From positions 310,001-374,000 of the forward strand of contig NIVC01000976.1 in the NCBI GenBank assembly GCA_002269645.1: DNA of 64,000 bases, read 5' to 3'. Under the pieces are notes generated by a model. It was not told where the DNA came from. It saw nothing but the letters and a program-made list of their open reading frames with translations, and made no database searches. Source of the DNA: Macrostomum lignano (Eukaryota). Positions 29,024 to 41,142 of this stretch are shown here, piece after piece; the first letter of the stretch is position 1, and each line of letters starts with the position of its first letter. Both the position numbers and the translations under genes were made by a program.

Positions 29024-30839
29024 GGTGCGCCTAGACAAGGATTTCTGTCGTGCTGGTGCGCAGTCCAGGCAGGCTGACGTATTCAGAACCACAAGACTAA
29101 TTGTGTGGGATGAGATCTCCATGGCTGACCTCAATGACATGGAGGCCGTTGACCGGACTCTGTGGGACATCCGGAAGCAGGATTCGCTATTTGGCGGAAT
29201 CGTGCTGGTGTGCTGCGGAGACATCCGGCAGTTGCTTCCGGTGGTGCAGAAAGGAACCAGGGCCAACAGCGTCCAGGCGTGCGTCAATAGGTCCAGCCTG
29301 TGGAGATCATTCCGACGGCACCGCCTGACTCGAAACCTGCGGCTGCTGAGCGGCTCCGATGCTGCGCTGTGTCAGCGCTACTCAAAGCTGCTTATGCAGT
29401 TAATTGCTTTGAGCTGCGTGTAAATATTTTTTATGACATTGTTAGTAAAGAGAAGATATAAAGGGCTAAACGTGCTGTTTAATTCGGGATATACTTTGAA
29501 GGTTCGATTCTTTCGGTTTTCTCCATGCAGATCGGTTCCAGCACTATCCAGAAAGATAGAGCTGCTTCCTCCAGAGATCCTGATGCCGTCCAATGCCTCG
29601 CTGAAGGACTTGATCCAGTTTTTCTACCCATCGTTCGACGCATCTGCGGATAGAGACGGCCATTTCGCCGGCGGAGCCATCCTGGTGCCTTAAAATGAGT
29701 CCGTGGACGCGATCAACGATGAGTGTCTGGCCTTGTTCCCTAGCAGCCTGCGGGAGTAACGGTCTGTGGACAGCGTGTCCGATGAAGACTCCGCCACACA
29801 CTTCCCACCAGAGCTGCTGAACCGGCTAGAGGCGCCGAACCTGCCAAAGCACCTGCTTAAGTTTAAGGTGGGCATGACGGTGGTTTTGCTGCGGAACCCA
29901 AACCCACCTCGGCTATGCAATTGCACGCGATTGATTGTTCTGGCACTGGGAGACAATGTACTCCGCTGCAAAGTGGCAGCTGGCCACTTCGCAGGCGATG
30001 AGGTGCTGCCGCATCGCATCCCGCTGGAGCCGAACAATGTTTTTAAGCGGTTGCGGTTTCCTCAGAGACCCAGCTCCTGCCTGTCGATCCACAAGTCGCA
30101 GGGCCAGTCGCTGGAGACCGTTGGCTTTGACCTTACGGTAGGCGTGCTCACACACGGCCAGCTGTACACGGCGCTGTCTCGAGCGAAATATGCAGGAAAT
30201 GTTTGCGTTCGGATTAGCGGTAAAAAGACGCGAAATATTGTGTACCCGGAGGTGCTCTCTGCAGATTAGACTGCCAGCTTTTGATTTTCAGTTTCAGAAC
30301 TGTGATGTTCACATTTTTAGCTTAAACCATTTTCAGTTTCCTTTGTTTACGTAATGGTGACTTGCCTTGACAACTATGCAGCAAGCAGTATTTAAGGGCA
30401 AGAAACTGAACAAAACGAATAAAGCGCTACGAGCGTACCATTAAAGCAGGGCCTCAATTCGGGCCCCAAAATTTATGAGAGCGTTAGCTTGATCCTGTGC
30501 ATCCAACTAAATGCTTTTCTGGAAATCTTACTGCATGCTGCCGCATCAAGAAAGGTAGGTCTTCCTCCCTCACGGTTAACAAAAACCCCTGTTGAGCAGT
30601 AATCAAGGCAGCAAGAACCAGACAAGTGGCTTTATCTGGAATAAAATTCAGGTAGGCTAAAAGTCATTGTTGTTACTAGACATTTACTAGACATTGCTAG
30701 ACATTTTTTATTGAACTAAATCAGCCTCAGCAAGGCGATTAATTGCTTACTTCTAAGTCACGACAAGAGGGAGGTGGCTTAATTTTTTGGAAGCTATCAA
30801 TGTCAAAAGGCCTAGCTTCCGTCGCACCAGTAAGTTCTC

Positions 30840-31130
30840 TTTACTGGGGAACTGCTGAGATGTCAAGGCTTTTGGGGATTTCTGAGATGTCAAGGTCTAC
30901 GGCGGGACTTGCCGAGATGTCAAGGCTCACTAGGGAAATTTCTGAGATGTCAAGGCTTTCGGGTTGACTTCTGAGATGTTAAAGCTGACGGGGGATCGCT
31001 GAGATTGCTTGTTTTCGGCGGATGTTTGCTGTTTGGAGATGCTTGCTTTTGGGGGATGCTTGCTACGCTCGTATTTAGGGATTTCTGCTATCGAGGATGC
31101 TTTCCATCGGATGATGCTTGCTATCTGAGA
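30840..31130. repeat. About 29-bp minisatellite (CTGAGATGTCAAGGC core) decaying into GATGCTTGCT repeats
   Basis: Core recurs near 30855, 30884, 30913, 30942 and 30970. Confidence 0.75.
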
Positions 31131-31809
31131 ATTTTTGAAACCGAAATCTGAATAAGAAAGAGATCAAACAATTCTACAGTGGAAATTTCACGATAAAGAC
31201 AGCCTCGTGAAATGATTTTGCGTGGAACAACTAAGGGATGGAGTTGGGATAGCAAGCCCCAACGGGCCTTACAATAAGACACAGTAGAATCAGTCAGAAA
31301 TCAAACTCACCTCGACCTTAGGTTCATATTAACTTACCTTATTTAATTTATCTGGGCATCGCATGCCAAATCTACAGGCTGGCTTCATAGTTATTAAATT
31401 GAGGGTCTAATTATTTATCAAGATAATGCACAGCTCAGCGCCCAGACTTTGTAATTAACAGCCATTCGCGCACCGCACGTAAGTTTACCACACGCAAAAA
31501 CTTCACGAATCGATAATTTTCACACGAGTGCCCAGAAGTGTACATTGGCTGGCCAATCGCTGTTAGCGGGGCCGGGGTTGCTTTCCGCCGCCCCTGTGTT
31601 TGGGGTGGGCCTCAATTTGTTTGGTGTTATCAATAAGGCCAGTTGATCAACGAAAACAGTGTACTTTGGTCGTCTTCTCTCTTACACAGCACCCCAAGTT
31701 GCGCAACATACAAAAGCTCAACTTAAGCTATTCTATTTAAGCAACTCTCCACCTAGTCTGACTGTCACATCAAAATTGATCGGCTATAAGGTTATTAACT
31801 ATTTTAATA

Positions 31810-32740
31810 TACTCAGCAACATTGAAAAGTCGCCACCCTTTGTCCCAGTGAGCAGTGTCTTTCGACCAGCGTCTATCACCTAGCCAACCGTTCTGCACTC
31901 ATTTAGTTATTTTTTATTCGTCTTTTTTGCATTCATTTTCGTTATGCGTCATTTTCACTCATTTTCTCTATTTTTTGTTCATTTCCTTCACCTATTACTC
32001 ATTGGCTCATTTCGTCCCTACCCTCGTCTGCACCTAAACCCCCCGCCCCCTCTCTTGCGTCAATTCTCTACCACTCCCCGCATGCTGATTGGCTTCGCCG
32101 TGGCGTTCTGGCCGGGGCCGTGCGTTTGGTTTGCACTCCGCTCTCTCCCTGTCTGTCTGTCGGCTTAGGGTTGTTAGTTATTTCATCTTTGCATCTATAT
32201 TATTAGGGTCGCCTCTTTGCTAGAGTTGTGTTTGCCCGAGGGCTGAAATACCGCACCTACATAACCTAACTAACATAAATAAATCAGAACAGTGGCCTAC
32301 GGCTTGAACATGAGTAAGTTAAGTTATCAGAGCGACGACAGCAAGGAACCTCGAGTTCGGCGGCGGCCGAGTAAGTGTGCGAGTCTTTGGTGTGAGTTCT
32401 TTGGGGTCATTCGACCCTGGTTGCTGGCCTCTAGTCTGTGAGTGCAGCGCGACTGAGAGTTGGTGAGCAAGTTGGAGTGCTGACCCTCCCCGCTCGTACT
32501 GAGCGTGAGCTAAGGCCGGCTGGTCCGTCTCGGGACACAACAAAATGCTTGGAAAAACCCAATGAAAACTAGGCGGAAGCTTCAATCCATCCAATATTCG
32601 CCCTCCGCTCTTCCCAATCCCTCCTCATCCAGCCCAACTCTGCGTCGCGTGGCGCAAGTTGCGTCACTCAAAAGTCAATACTGAGCTAGAATTTACTGCT
32701 CACTCTCAAAGGTGGCGACTTTTTTATTGTTGTTGAGTTT
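31810..32740. mobile_element. MITE family A, copy 2 (inverted), carrying an approximately 650-bp internal insert
   Basis: 31810-31893 and 32545-32740 are the reverse complement of the two halves of the 290-bp MITE. Confidence 0.85.
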
Positions 32741-34289
32741 ACCTCTTTTTATGTCAGAGAAAAAATCTATGTAATAATTTTGCTCTGTTTTGCGGTCTGC
32801 AATTGATTTTCTCGAGAACGACCTCGCCAATCCTATCCTATGAGTTGTCTATATGTCAGTTGTCAGTGCACTTGCTGCTGCTGGTATGTATTTTTAATTA
32901 CAAAACAATACAATTACAAAACAAAAACAAATGTTAAATTGATTAACATTTAATCAAATGCTCATTTTAGAAAAAGCTTAACTTGTTGGAAGTCGAAAAA
33001 ATAAATACCCCATTCTACCCCAAATCAGTTGACTAATACGTGTACCCCATGGGGTACTAATTGGGGTAAAAAACCGTGTATCAGCCAGCGTGCATACAAT
33101 ACGTATTGCTGCACGCTAGCTGATGTCTATGGTATGACAATGTGAGAGAAGCACGGCTTGCTTATGCAGTAACGCCATAGACTCGTGCGCTACTACTACC
33201 ACGAGTGTGCGTAGCACACTGAGTGTCCACGGCGTTGCTGGACGAGCAAGCCGCGTGCGCTATCTCCCGATTGAGTTGACACATCTAGTGCTTTTAGGAT
33301 CCGTGGTCAAGCCTCAAGTTTTGAAAGAAAGCTATAGAAATAGTCACCAAGTTTAAACTACCCAAATAAAAAGTCACTGACTACTATTGAGTAGCAAGCG
33401 TTTGAATATACTCCGATTTTCATTTTACTGGTAAGACAGCATAGCTGTGGACTGACAATCTCTAAATCGAATTAATTTTTTTAGCTGAGCATATAATCTG
33501 TGGCTTGCTCTCTCGAGTAAACTTAAACGCTTGGCCATAGAATTCTATAGGCCGTTCCGTTTTGCATGCCCACTGTTCCACATGGCGCGACAAAAGCAAT
33601 ACCAACAGTCGCTAGACAAGATCAATTTGGTCAAAACAAAATTGCCGAGTGAACCGCGGTGGCTGATGCAGCATTTACTCTCAGCAAGCTGCCAATCGAA
33701 ATGCACGAGCATACAGAGCAGAGATGAAAAGAATACGTTTCGAAAAAAATCACGCAATTAAAAACCTTGTTATTGAGGTAAAGACAACAATAAAATTTGA
33801 GGTAAGAGAGCATCGCATCGAAGTACGCGTCATCAAAGAGCTGTTTTGTATTGTACAGACATCGAACATAATAGAGTATAAATATTCATAGCGCTAAACC
33901 GCTTAACAGTTCGAAGGAATGGTGAGGTTAAACTAAAAGTACTGCTAACAGACCTTTGCACATTAATTTGAGGTTTAGGATGATCTGTTTTAGTTTTATG
34001 ACAGACTATTGATGGCAGAAGAGTAAGGCATGCATATGCTGCTTGCTCATAAGAGGTAGCTCGTAGTAGAACTGCCTCACTGTCCCGCGGTCTGTGAGGT
34101 GATGCCACCAATGCTCTGCGATGCATATGAGACGCGAATGAAAAAGCTACGCTGCTTTCAATAAAAGTACACATTACGTCATACAATCTACGATAAAGGC
34201 AAAACGGAAGCTCGAGCTAATTTTAAGCTGCCGCTAACTTTTGGTCTACACTGAATTGTAAGACCGAATTTCAATTAGCAGTGCCGAAA

Positions 34290-34484
34290 TCAGACGTAGG
34301 AGACTCCCCTGGGCGGGTACACCATCGGTTCTTCCTCTCTGACACCCTCCAACTGCCGGCCGCTTCCTGGCGCTGTCGCTGCCGACCCTGCTGATGCCGG
34401 CGTTGCGGTTGCCGGTGGCATCGGTGACGGGCAGGAGTTCGGCTGGTAAAAGTACAAATCGCTGAACTGGCTAAAGCGGACCGT

Positions 34485-34522
<38 letters not shown>

Positions 34523-35547
34523 TGCTGCTGGCGCTGGCGTAGCCGCTGCCGGCGTCAGCTGAGGACACAGACCCGGGGGGAGAGGCGGTTGTACTTGATG
34601 CTACTGCCGATAGAATCAGCTGTTGTTGTGTCGGTTGCTGCTGCTGCTGTTGTCTTTGGTGCTTCTGAGCATGCAGCTGCGGTCCACTAAGGCTTGCTAA
34701 ACCAGTTGAATTACACCTGAAAGTTTTGATGTTCACTCTTGAACCTTTTTGGCGGAGGACGGAAAAGAGGACAATAAATCAGTTCATTGATTTACATGAT
34801 CTACATGACCTGAAGCTGCAGTTGCACTGTTTGGCTCTTTTTGCGTCCCAATCTGAACTTCTATTTATTCTGAGCTGTCACTCTACCACAGCAGTCTTTG
34901 CTTGATCTGCCCCTTGCATATTCAGGGAGTGACTAAATGGGCGATGCAAATCTATTGAATGGGAAAGTAATGTGTTGCTATGGTAAAGCTGGGGCAATGA
35001 ATTAAGACGTATATCGTACCATGTGAGCTTAAATGAAATCTTCAGGGATTTGACTGGGAGCTGTGAATCGATTTGGTTCAAAGCAGGATTATTCGTTCGT
35101 ACCGGGCAAGAAGCTGCTGATTCTGTTGCGAGGAGGCGCGCTGAGGCGGCAACGGTGGCGGCGGCGGCGGCGGCAGCGGCGGTGAGGGCAGCAGGTAGCA
35201 GCCGCCAGTTAGGTCGCTCATTTCCTCCTCATCTGTCAGCTGAGGTGGTGGCGGCGGAGGAACTGGGGAAGCGGCCGCAACAAGCGCTGGATGCCGTTGT
35301 CCGCAGTCCGCATCGTCGATTTCGTCGATGTCAGCCTTGTCTACGTCGTTACAGACGATTTCGTCTGTTTGAGGCAACTGAAATTGCTGCTGTTGCTGCT
35401 GTTGCTGCGGCTGCTGATTCAGCCGCTGTCGCTGACGATGCCGACGCTTTCCGCGCAGGCGGACAACCACGATGAAGGCAATGCAGGTTGCCAGGAGCAG
35501 GGCGCCTACGACTGCCGCGGTGACGGAGATCAGGATGATGTCTTCCT
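34290..35547 (-). CDS. EVA-1/EVA1C-like SUEL-lectin receptor, last two exons (35547-35103 TM plus cytoplasmic; 34686-34290)
   Basis: TM IILISVTAAVVGALLLATCIAFIVVV followed by basic RLRGKRRHR. The tail is Q/P/G-rich. The junction GCC CG|GTACGA..TTAG|T GGA is phase-consistent. Confidence 0.8.
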
Positions 35548-36825
35548 CTATGGAGATAAAACATTTGAGAAAAATTAATCAACAGCTGATTTTTTATGCT
35601 TTTCAAACTAGCCCAGGATAAATGGGAAGAGAAAGCGAGAGCTTTGAGTTCGGAATCAGAGTAAAAGGGAGACGAAGAGAAAAAGCCGAATAGCCAAGGC
35701 GGCAGAGACCAGAGACACAGAGAGAATTTCGAATAGAGAACCACCGAGCAATGAACCGTCGGTCACCCAGAGCGGGCCCTGGACTGCATACGCTCAGCTC
35801 CCATTAGTAGCCATCAGGCCCTCGTGGCTCCCTGCCCGATGCCGAGCTGGGAGGCGATTAGTCACTCGCCGGTCGGGATTAGCCGGCAGTGGCATTAAAA
35901 ATTTACTTCAAAGCGGACCGGAGGGAGACAAATTAAAGTGAAAAGGAGAACCCGGGGAGGGGGGCAGGTAGATGCCTAGAACACCACTTTTAGCAACCCG
36001 GGCTCTTCCCTGTTCCCGTCCCGATCCTAGGGAGTAGTTGGGAGGAGAAACAGGAGAATTTCTTACGTTCGTATCTCTCCCCACTCTGCTCCCCTTGAGC
36101 AGCGAGGTCGATGGGGTCAGGTGGTGTTGCATTTTTAATTGAACACTACAGAATTACGATTCTCGAAAGGAAGAGGGTAAATGAAGATGAATAAGTGGAG
36201 TAAAGAGGTCCCTTGTCTAAAGTGTTCTGCTAGCACTGACGATTAAGTGCTACCTCATAATCTCTGACATGCATTTTCAGAGTTCTTCAGGTTTTACCTT
36301 AGGTAGGCTGCCCACTGTAACTAAAGTGTAAGCTGTCAACTGTCGGCTGGAAAAAATAAAGATTTAACTTTTTTAATTGAATCACTACACAAATCACGTT
36401 GGTTATTGTCCTCCTGATCACCAAATTATTGTGATCGTGATTTTCGATAAAGGGAAAATTACGTGTTACCTGTCAACTGGGCTATATTTTCCTCACGTTT
36501 CCTCAATTGCTCTTCGGAAAATACTGCTTTGTGTGTTATAGACACTTTCCCCAGTAACCTGCGCTAAGTTTTACAATCAAGCTTAGCCTTAAAGCACTGG
36601 AGAACTGCGTGAGGCACAGTGAGTTACCAGTGCAAAGGGACGAGAGCAGTTGTGACGGAGTAAGTTGAGTTTTACAAGAGTGAAATGAAAAGACAAGGAA
36701 TAGAAAGTCATTTGCGTAGGGGACTTCCAGAGCGATAAACTCTGGATGGAGAGCCCTGCCTTCAAGGGCTCACTGAGTTGTGAAATGCGATTCCTCACGG
36801 TTCAATCTCAAACTCCCTTTCCATC

Positions 36826-37165
36826 TTGTCCGTTTCTTTTTCTAGCGGTTTCCTTGAAACCGGGGACAATTCCATCTTGTCCGTTTCTCTTTCTAGCGGT
36901 TTCCTTGAAACCGGGGACAATTCCATCTTGTCCGTTTCTTTTTCTAGCGGTTTCCTTGAAACCGGGAACAATTCCATCTTGTCCGTTTCTCTTTCTAGCG
37001 GTTTCCTTGAAACCGGGGACAATTCCATCTTGTCCGTTTCTTTTTCTAGCGGTTTCCTTGAAACCGGGAACAATTCCATCTTGTCCGTTTCTCTTTCTAG
37101 CGGTTTCCTTGAAACCGGGAACAATTCCATCTTGTCCGTTTCTTTTTCTAACGATTTCCTTGAAA
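36826..37165. repeat. 51-bp tandem repeat (intronic)
   Basis: Unit TTCCATCTTGTCCGTTTCTTTTTCTAGCGGTTTCCTTGAAACCGGGGACAA, about 6.5 copies. It gives 17-aa periodic pseudo-ORFs. Confidence 0.95.
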
Positions 37166-38885
37166 CCGGGAACAATTCGGCGCAAATTGGGATGTCTGGG
37201 AGTTGGATTCGGTCTAGATGGACTTGACCGCAAAGTCCAACTCAGATTCCTCTGAGTTGCAAAACTTTATTAGAATTGTGGAAATTCTGAGATTTCGATC
37301 GATATTTTCAACAGTTTTCCCGCTCTGACCAGTATTTCTTCTTACAGTAGAGGTCTCAAAGCTGGAAATTGTTCGCGGTAGTTGGCGTGGCAGCTCTGCT
37401 AATCGAATCCTCAATTCAAGCGGACTTTCCCTATCGATAAAATATCCCCTTGGCGCCCTGGGACGGCTGGGGAGCTGCAGATTGCTCGTAATCGAAGCTG
37501 CACAGAAATTTTCTCTTGGACTCCCTGGCGTTGAAGGGGGACGCGAGTTCTCGGGGCGCCCGCAGTCAAACTGTCACCGAGATGCAAAGCAAGTCAAGAG
37601 TAGAGGCTGATGAGGAGTAACAGAGAGGCGTAATAAAATTCTATTGATCGTCAATGCTGAGGATGAGGTGCTCCGTTTTGCTGTCTAGAAGGCAATGAGT
37701 GCGAATAGTGGAATCCAAAAGCCGGGAAAGAGTAGACTTTGTATCGGTTCCAGGTTAAATTCATAAATTCATTCAGTCTTTCTTCGACTAATTATTTGAC
37801 ACCAGGAAAACAGCCAGTGGTAAGCAGTCTGAACTGCTCACTGAGGAACGAAAATCTCTTGGACTCGACGATCCGATACGGAAATCTATGGTAACTACTT
37901 TAACAGTCCAAAGGGCCAAATCTTCATCCCTATTAAGAGGGAAAGCTTGACGGTCCCTTCTTACATCCCGAAATAAGCATTCCCAAGAGTTTTGCGGGAG
38001 GTTAGTTGGAGAACGTAATCCCTAGGTCCGTCAGTAGCAAAAACAGGAGAGTGCATGACATCCTCGATTCGGAATTGGTCGTGACACTTCAATCTATGAC
38101 TGGGCGCTTGTCCTCATCCTCTGCCTGCCCCATGTCATTTTCCCTGACTCCGAGGCTGTAACAAGCCCAGCGGAAGCCACTAAAGTGCTCGCGACAAAGG
38201 CCAGAAGGACGGCTTCTTGTGTCATTTCCGCGATCGCAGAATTAGATTCTACAACAGTTGGTCCGTGACTTGAAGCAATACAGTGATCGTGGGACTGGCC
38301 CGTGGGAATAACATTGCGATCGACAAAATTCCGAATTCTCGAATATAGTTTCAACAAAGCATTTGTCGCACAGATTCCATTGTCTACCCGGATATTTCAG
38401 ATACTAAGCGCTAGGAGTTTGAAGTCTGTGAAAAAATAGGATGGAAAAAATTGGCGATCATCTCGAAAACCCGAAGGCCTAGCAAATGCTACGTTTGTTC
38501 CCTTTAGAAAAATTTGCCTAGATTGAATGAATTGAGCCAGGAAACTTAAGATATCTACTGTTGACCATTGGAAACACTGTCCACATCGCCGAATGTCCTT
38601 TAAACTTTATTATTCATACATAGGGCAGTTTGGTCTGGTCACAGACAATTGTAATATACGAACTTTTTTTTTAATGTCAAACGTCAAATATTAAAATGTG
38701 AAAATTATGATATTTTGTAAGATGTCAACTGCTATCACACAGCATGTGGGAGTTAGAAAGTGAGAAAGCTCTAGCAAAATAAACTACTTCCTACTTGTAT
38801 CATCCTACATGGTACATGGTATCCTACATCCTACATGCATCCAACTTGTTTCCAAACCAAAGCCTATCTATAAGCGGACACTCAC

Positions 38886-39688
38886 TCTCGTTGCCAGCAT
38901 TGGGTCCTTGTTCCTTTCCGCGTCGCAGCTGAGACTCTTGCCCAGCTTCAGCCTCGTCGCCTGCCGCAGCTGCAGCCGCCGCAGCTGCTGACAGCTGCTG
39001 ACGACCTCCACCCTGGTCGTTTTGTGCAACATCGGCGCCACCATTTTTGGGCGAAAAAGTATCTTTAGCTGTCACTGAACCTTGGTTCTGGTTCTGACTG
39101 ACCTTATTTGACCTTTGTTGCACAGTGCTCACTGTTTGCGGACTGTTGGCGTAGTAATGCAGCGGAACTGAAAATGCACAAGCTTAGTATTTTAAGTAAA
39201 TGCGAATAGGTCCCGCATACACATGATGCTCATGGATGCTAGCGCGATCAAAAAGTCACTATGCATATACAATTACGTAATTAAGGCTTAAAAAACACAG
39301 CTCATTTTCACAAGACATTCAGGTCACCGATCCTCACCGCAAGCAAAAATAACTAGCAGATGATGCGGCGCGCAGCTGTGCCCGCTGCTGTGCGGCCCGG
39401 GCTCCAGCTCGCAGCTTGCCGCAGCTCCGGCCTCACCAGGCGGGTTGCAGCGCCGCCGCACAGCGTCCGTGACGTTGGCCTCGCGACAGGCCTGGCGCCC
39501 GTCTCGACGCGACTTCACCGTGTCTTCGCAGACTGCGCCGCCTTGCGGGAACTGGAAGCGACTGGTCTGCCTGGCGTACACGACTTCCAGACGGCGCACC
39601 CCGGCCGGGCCGCACTCCATCACCCGGCGGGTTCCGGCGCAGATCAGCAGGTACTGCAGCTCTGCGATGGGCAGGTTGAAGTGTCTTG
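38886..39688 (-). CDS. EVA-1/EVA1C-like receptor, exons 39688-39338 (second SUEL-like domain) and 39167-38886 (stalk)
   Basis: MECGPAGVRRLEVVYAR...C...ACREANVTDAVRRRCN...C.L...SC...LLVIFAC matches SUEL/Gal_lectin Cys spacing. Phase-1 donors GTGAGG and GTGAGT are compatible with the neighbouring exons. Confidence 0.75.
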
Positions 39689-40647
39689 CTTTTAGACAGG
39701 TGAATTTCTCAGTTAAGGACACTAACTAGAGACCTAACTTTTACAAAAGACTTCATTGTACCTTTTTATAGTCTCCAAGGGCTATGATTTCGTCCTATAG
39801 GATTAACTTTTCGCTCAAATCAAACCTCTGCAGGATGCCGATAGCAGACTGTCGTCTCACATGAAAAAAACTAACCATGTAAGCAAGATTCACCAAAGAG
39901 CAAGCAGGACCCCAAAAAGCTAATAATTAACCAACTCAGACTCGTTTTCTGTAGTTTGTATATGTAAATTGATGTTGTTGCAAGACTGCAATGTATATAG
40001 CTTTTCCGGATAAAATTTAGCCTACTAAAATAGAGAGACAGTCCGGCGCACTTCTACGTCAATTTTTTAACGCCATCCATCACATCGACTGACGCAAAAG
40101 TTAGAAGCAAAAACCCTAACTCTAATGCACTTTTAACTTCCGCAGCCAAAAATTTGCAAATTTACAAACAGCATCCGTTTGCCCCACTGATCAACTGAGC
40201 AATTGCTCTTCAGTATGATAAGCAGCATTGGCTGGGATTGTTGATGAAGCGATGAACAGACACTGATGACGAGGATGAGTCAAGAGGCTTTGACGCGCAA
40301 GAGTGAGAGATCGTGCGGGCGGAGGGGAAGAGATGAAGAGCTCTTAACATGCTTCCAGCCTGTGCCCTGAGCTAACATTAAAGCCTTTGGCTGCCGCCTC
40401 ACAATGATTCTGCAAGCTGATGAAGCACTGGATTAGCCAGCAAATGAAGCTGCAAACTTATTATAGGAATTAATGTGCTACTAAAGAATTAGGATGCCCA
40501 CTTGCGTGACAGAAATGTTAAGAGAGCAAACTGAGCTTTGAGGAAAGGAGGGTTATTGACTGGGTATAGCTGATTGATGATTCAAAATTGAAGTCAATTG
40601 GCTATGCTACCCACATGACTGCATCAGTGCAAGCTGCTAGCACTCAC

Positions 40648-40822
40648 TGGGTCGGCAGAAGTATGCTGCAGACAGCGCCAGATTCTGCGGCACCTGACAA
40701 GAGCTGCCTGTCGCGCTTGAATTCCTGTCCTGGATGTACAACCGCGGGTCGGAGTCCACGGTGCAGTTGAACTGCCTCTGGCTGGCTTCGACTGTCGCTG
40801 ATGAGCATCGAGATTGCAGGAC
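40648..40822 (-). CDS. EVA-1/EVA1C-like receptor exon (second half of first SUEL-like domain)
   Basis: CTCAG|VLQSRCS...FNCTV...SCQVPQNLALSAAYFCRP|GTGAGT; phase 0 in, phase 1 out. Confidence 0.75.
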
Positions 40823-40851
40823 CTGAGAATCACGGTTGGGGCTCGGACAAT

Positions 40852-40916
40852 GAGACAGACAGACAGAGAGACAGACAGACAACAGACAGACAGACAACAG
40901 ACAGACAGGCAGACAG

Positions 40917-40990
<74 letters not shown>

Positions 40991-41142
40991 GGACAGACAG
41001 AAAGACAGACAGACAGACAGATAGACAGACATTAAGACAGACACTAAGACAAACAGACAGACACTGGGACAGACAGACAGACAGACACTAAGACACTAAG
41101 ACAGACAGGCAGACAGGCAGACAGACAGACAGACAGACAGAT
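40852..41142. repeat. (GACA)n microsatellite with ACTAAGAC variants (reverse complement of the 23750 array)
   Basis: Direct reading. Confidence 0.97.

Larger units (their letters stand above)
26943..30269 (+). pseudogene. Helitron Rep/Hel PIF1-like helicase C-terminal remnant, interrupted by a 2-kb transposon
   Basis: SRFKIPVRL (26946-26970) continues after the insertion as RLDKDF...LIVWDEISM...FGGIVLVCCGDIRQLLPVV...LTRNLR. It then reads AILVP*NESVDAIN, LPKHLLKFKVGMTVVLLRN, LCNCTRL, IHKSQGQSL, HGQLYTALSR and IVYPEVL. In-frame stops and a frameshift are present. Confidence 0.9.

Noticed and set aside
30270-31140. Helitron 3' hairpin plus CTRR terminus
   Set aside because: Several CTAG sites exist, but none has a convincing preceding GC-rich hairpin, so the end is left undefined.
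35900-38400. Old retroelement remnant around the 51-bp array
   Set aside because: No diagnostic RT or endonuclease motif could be read in any frame.
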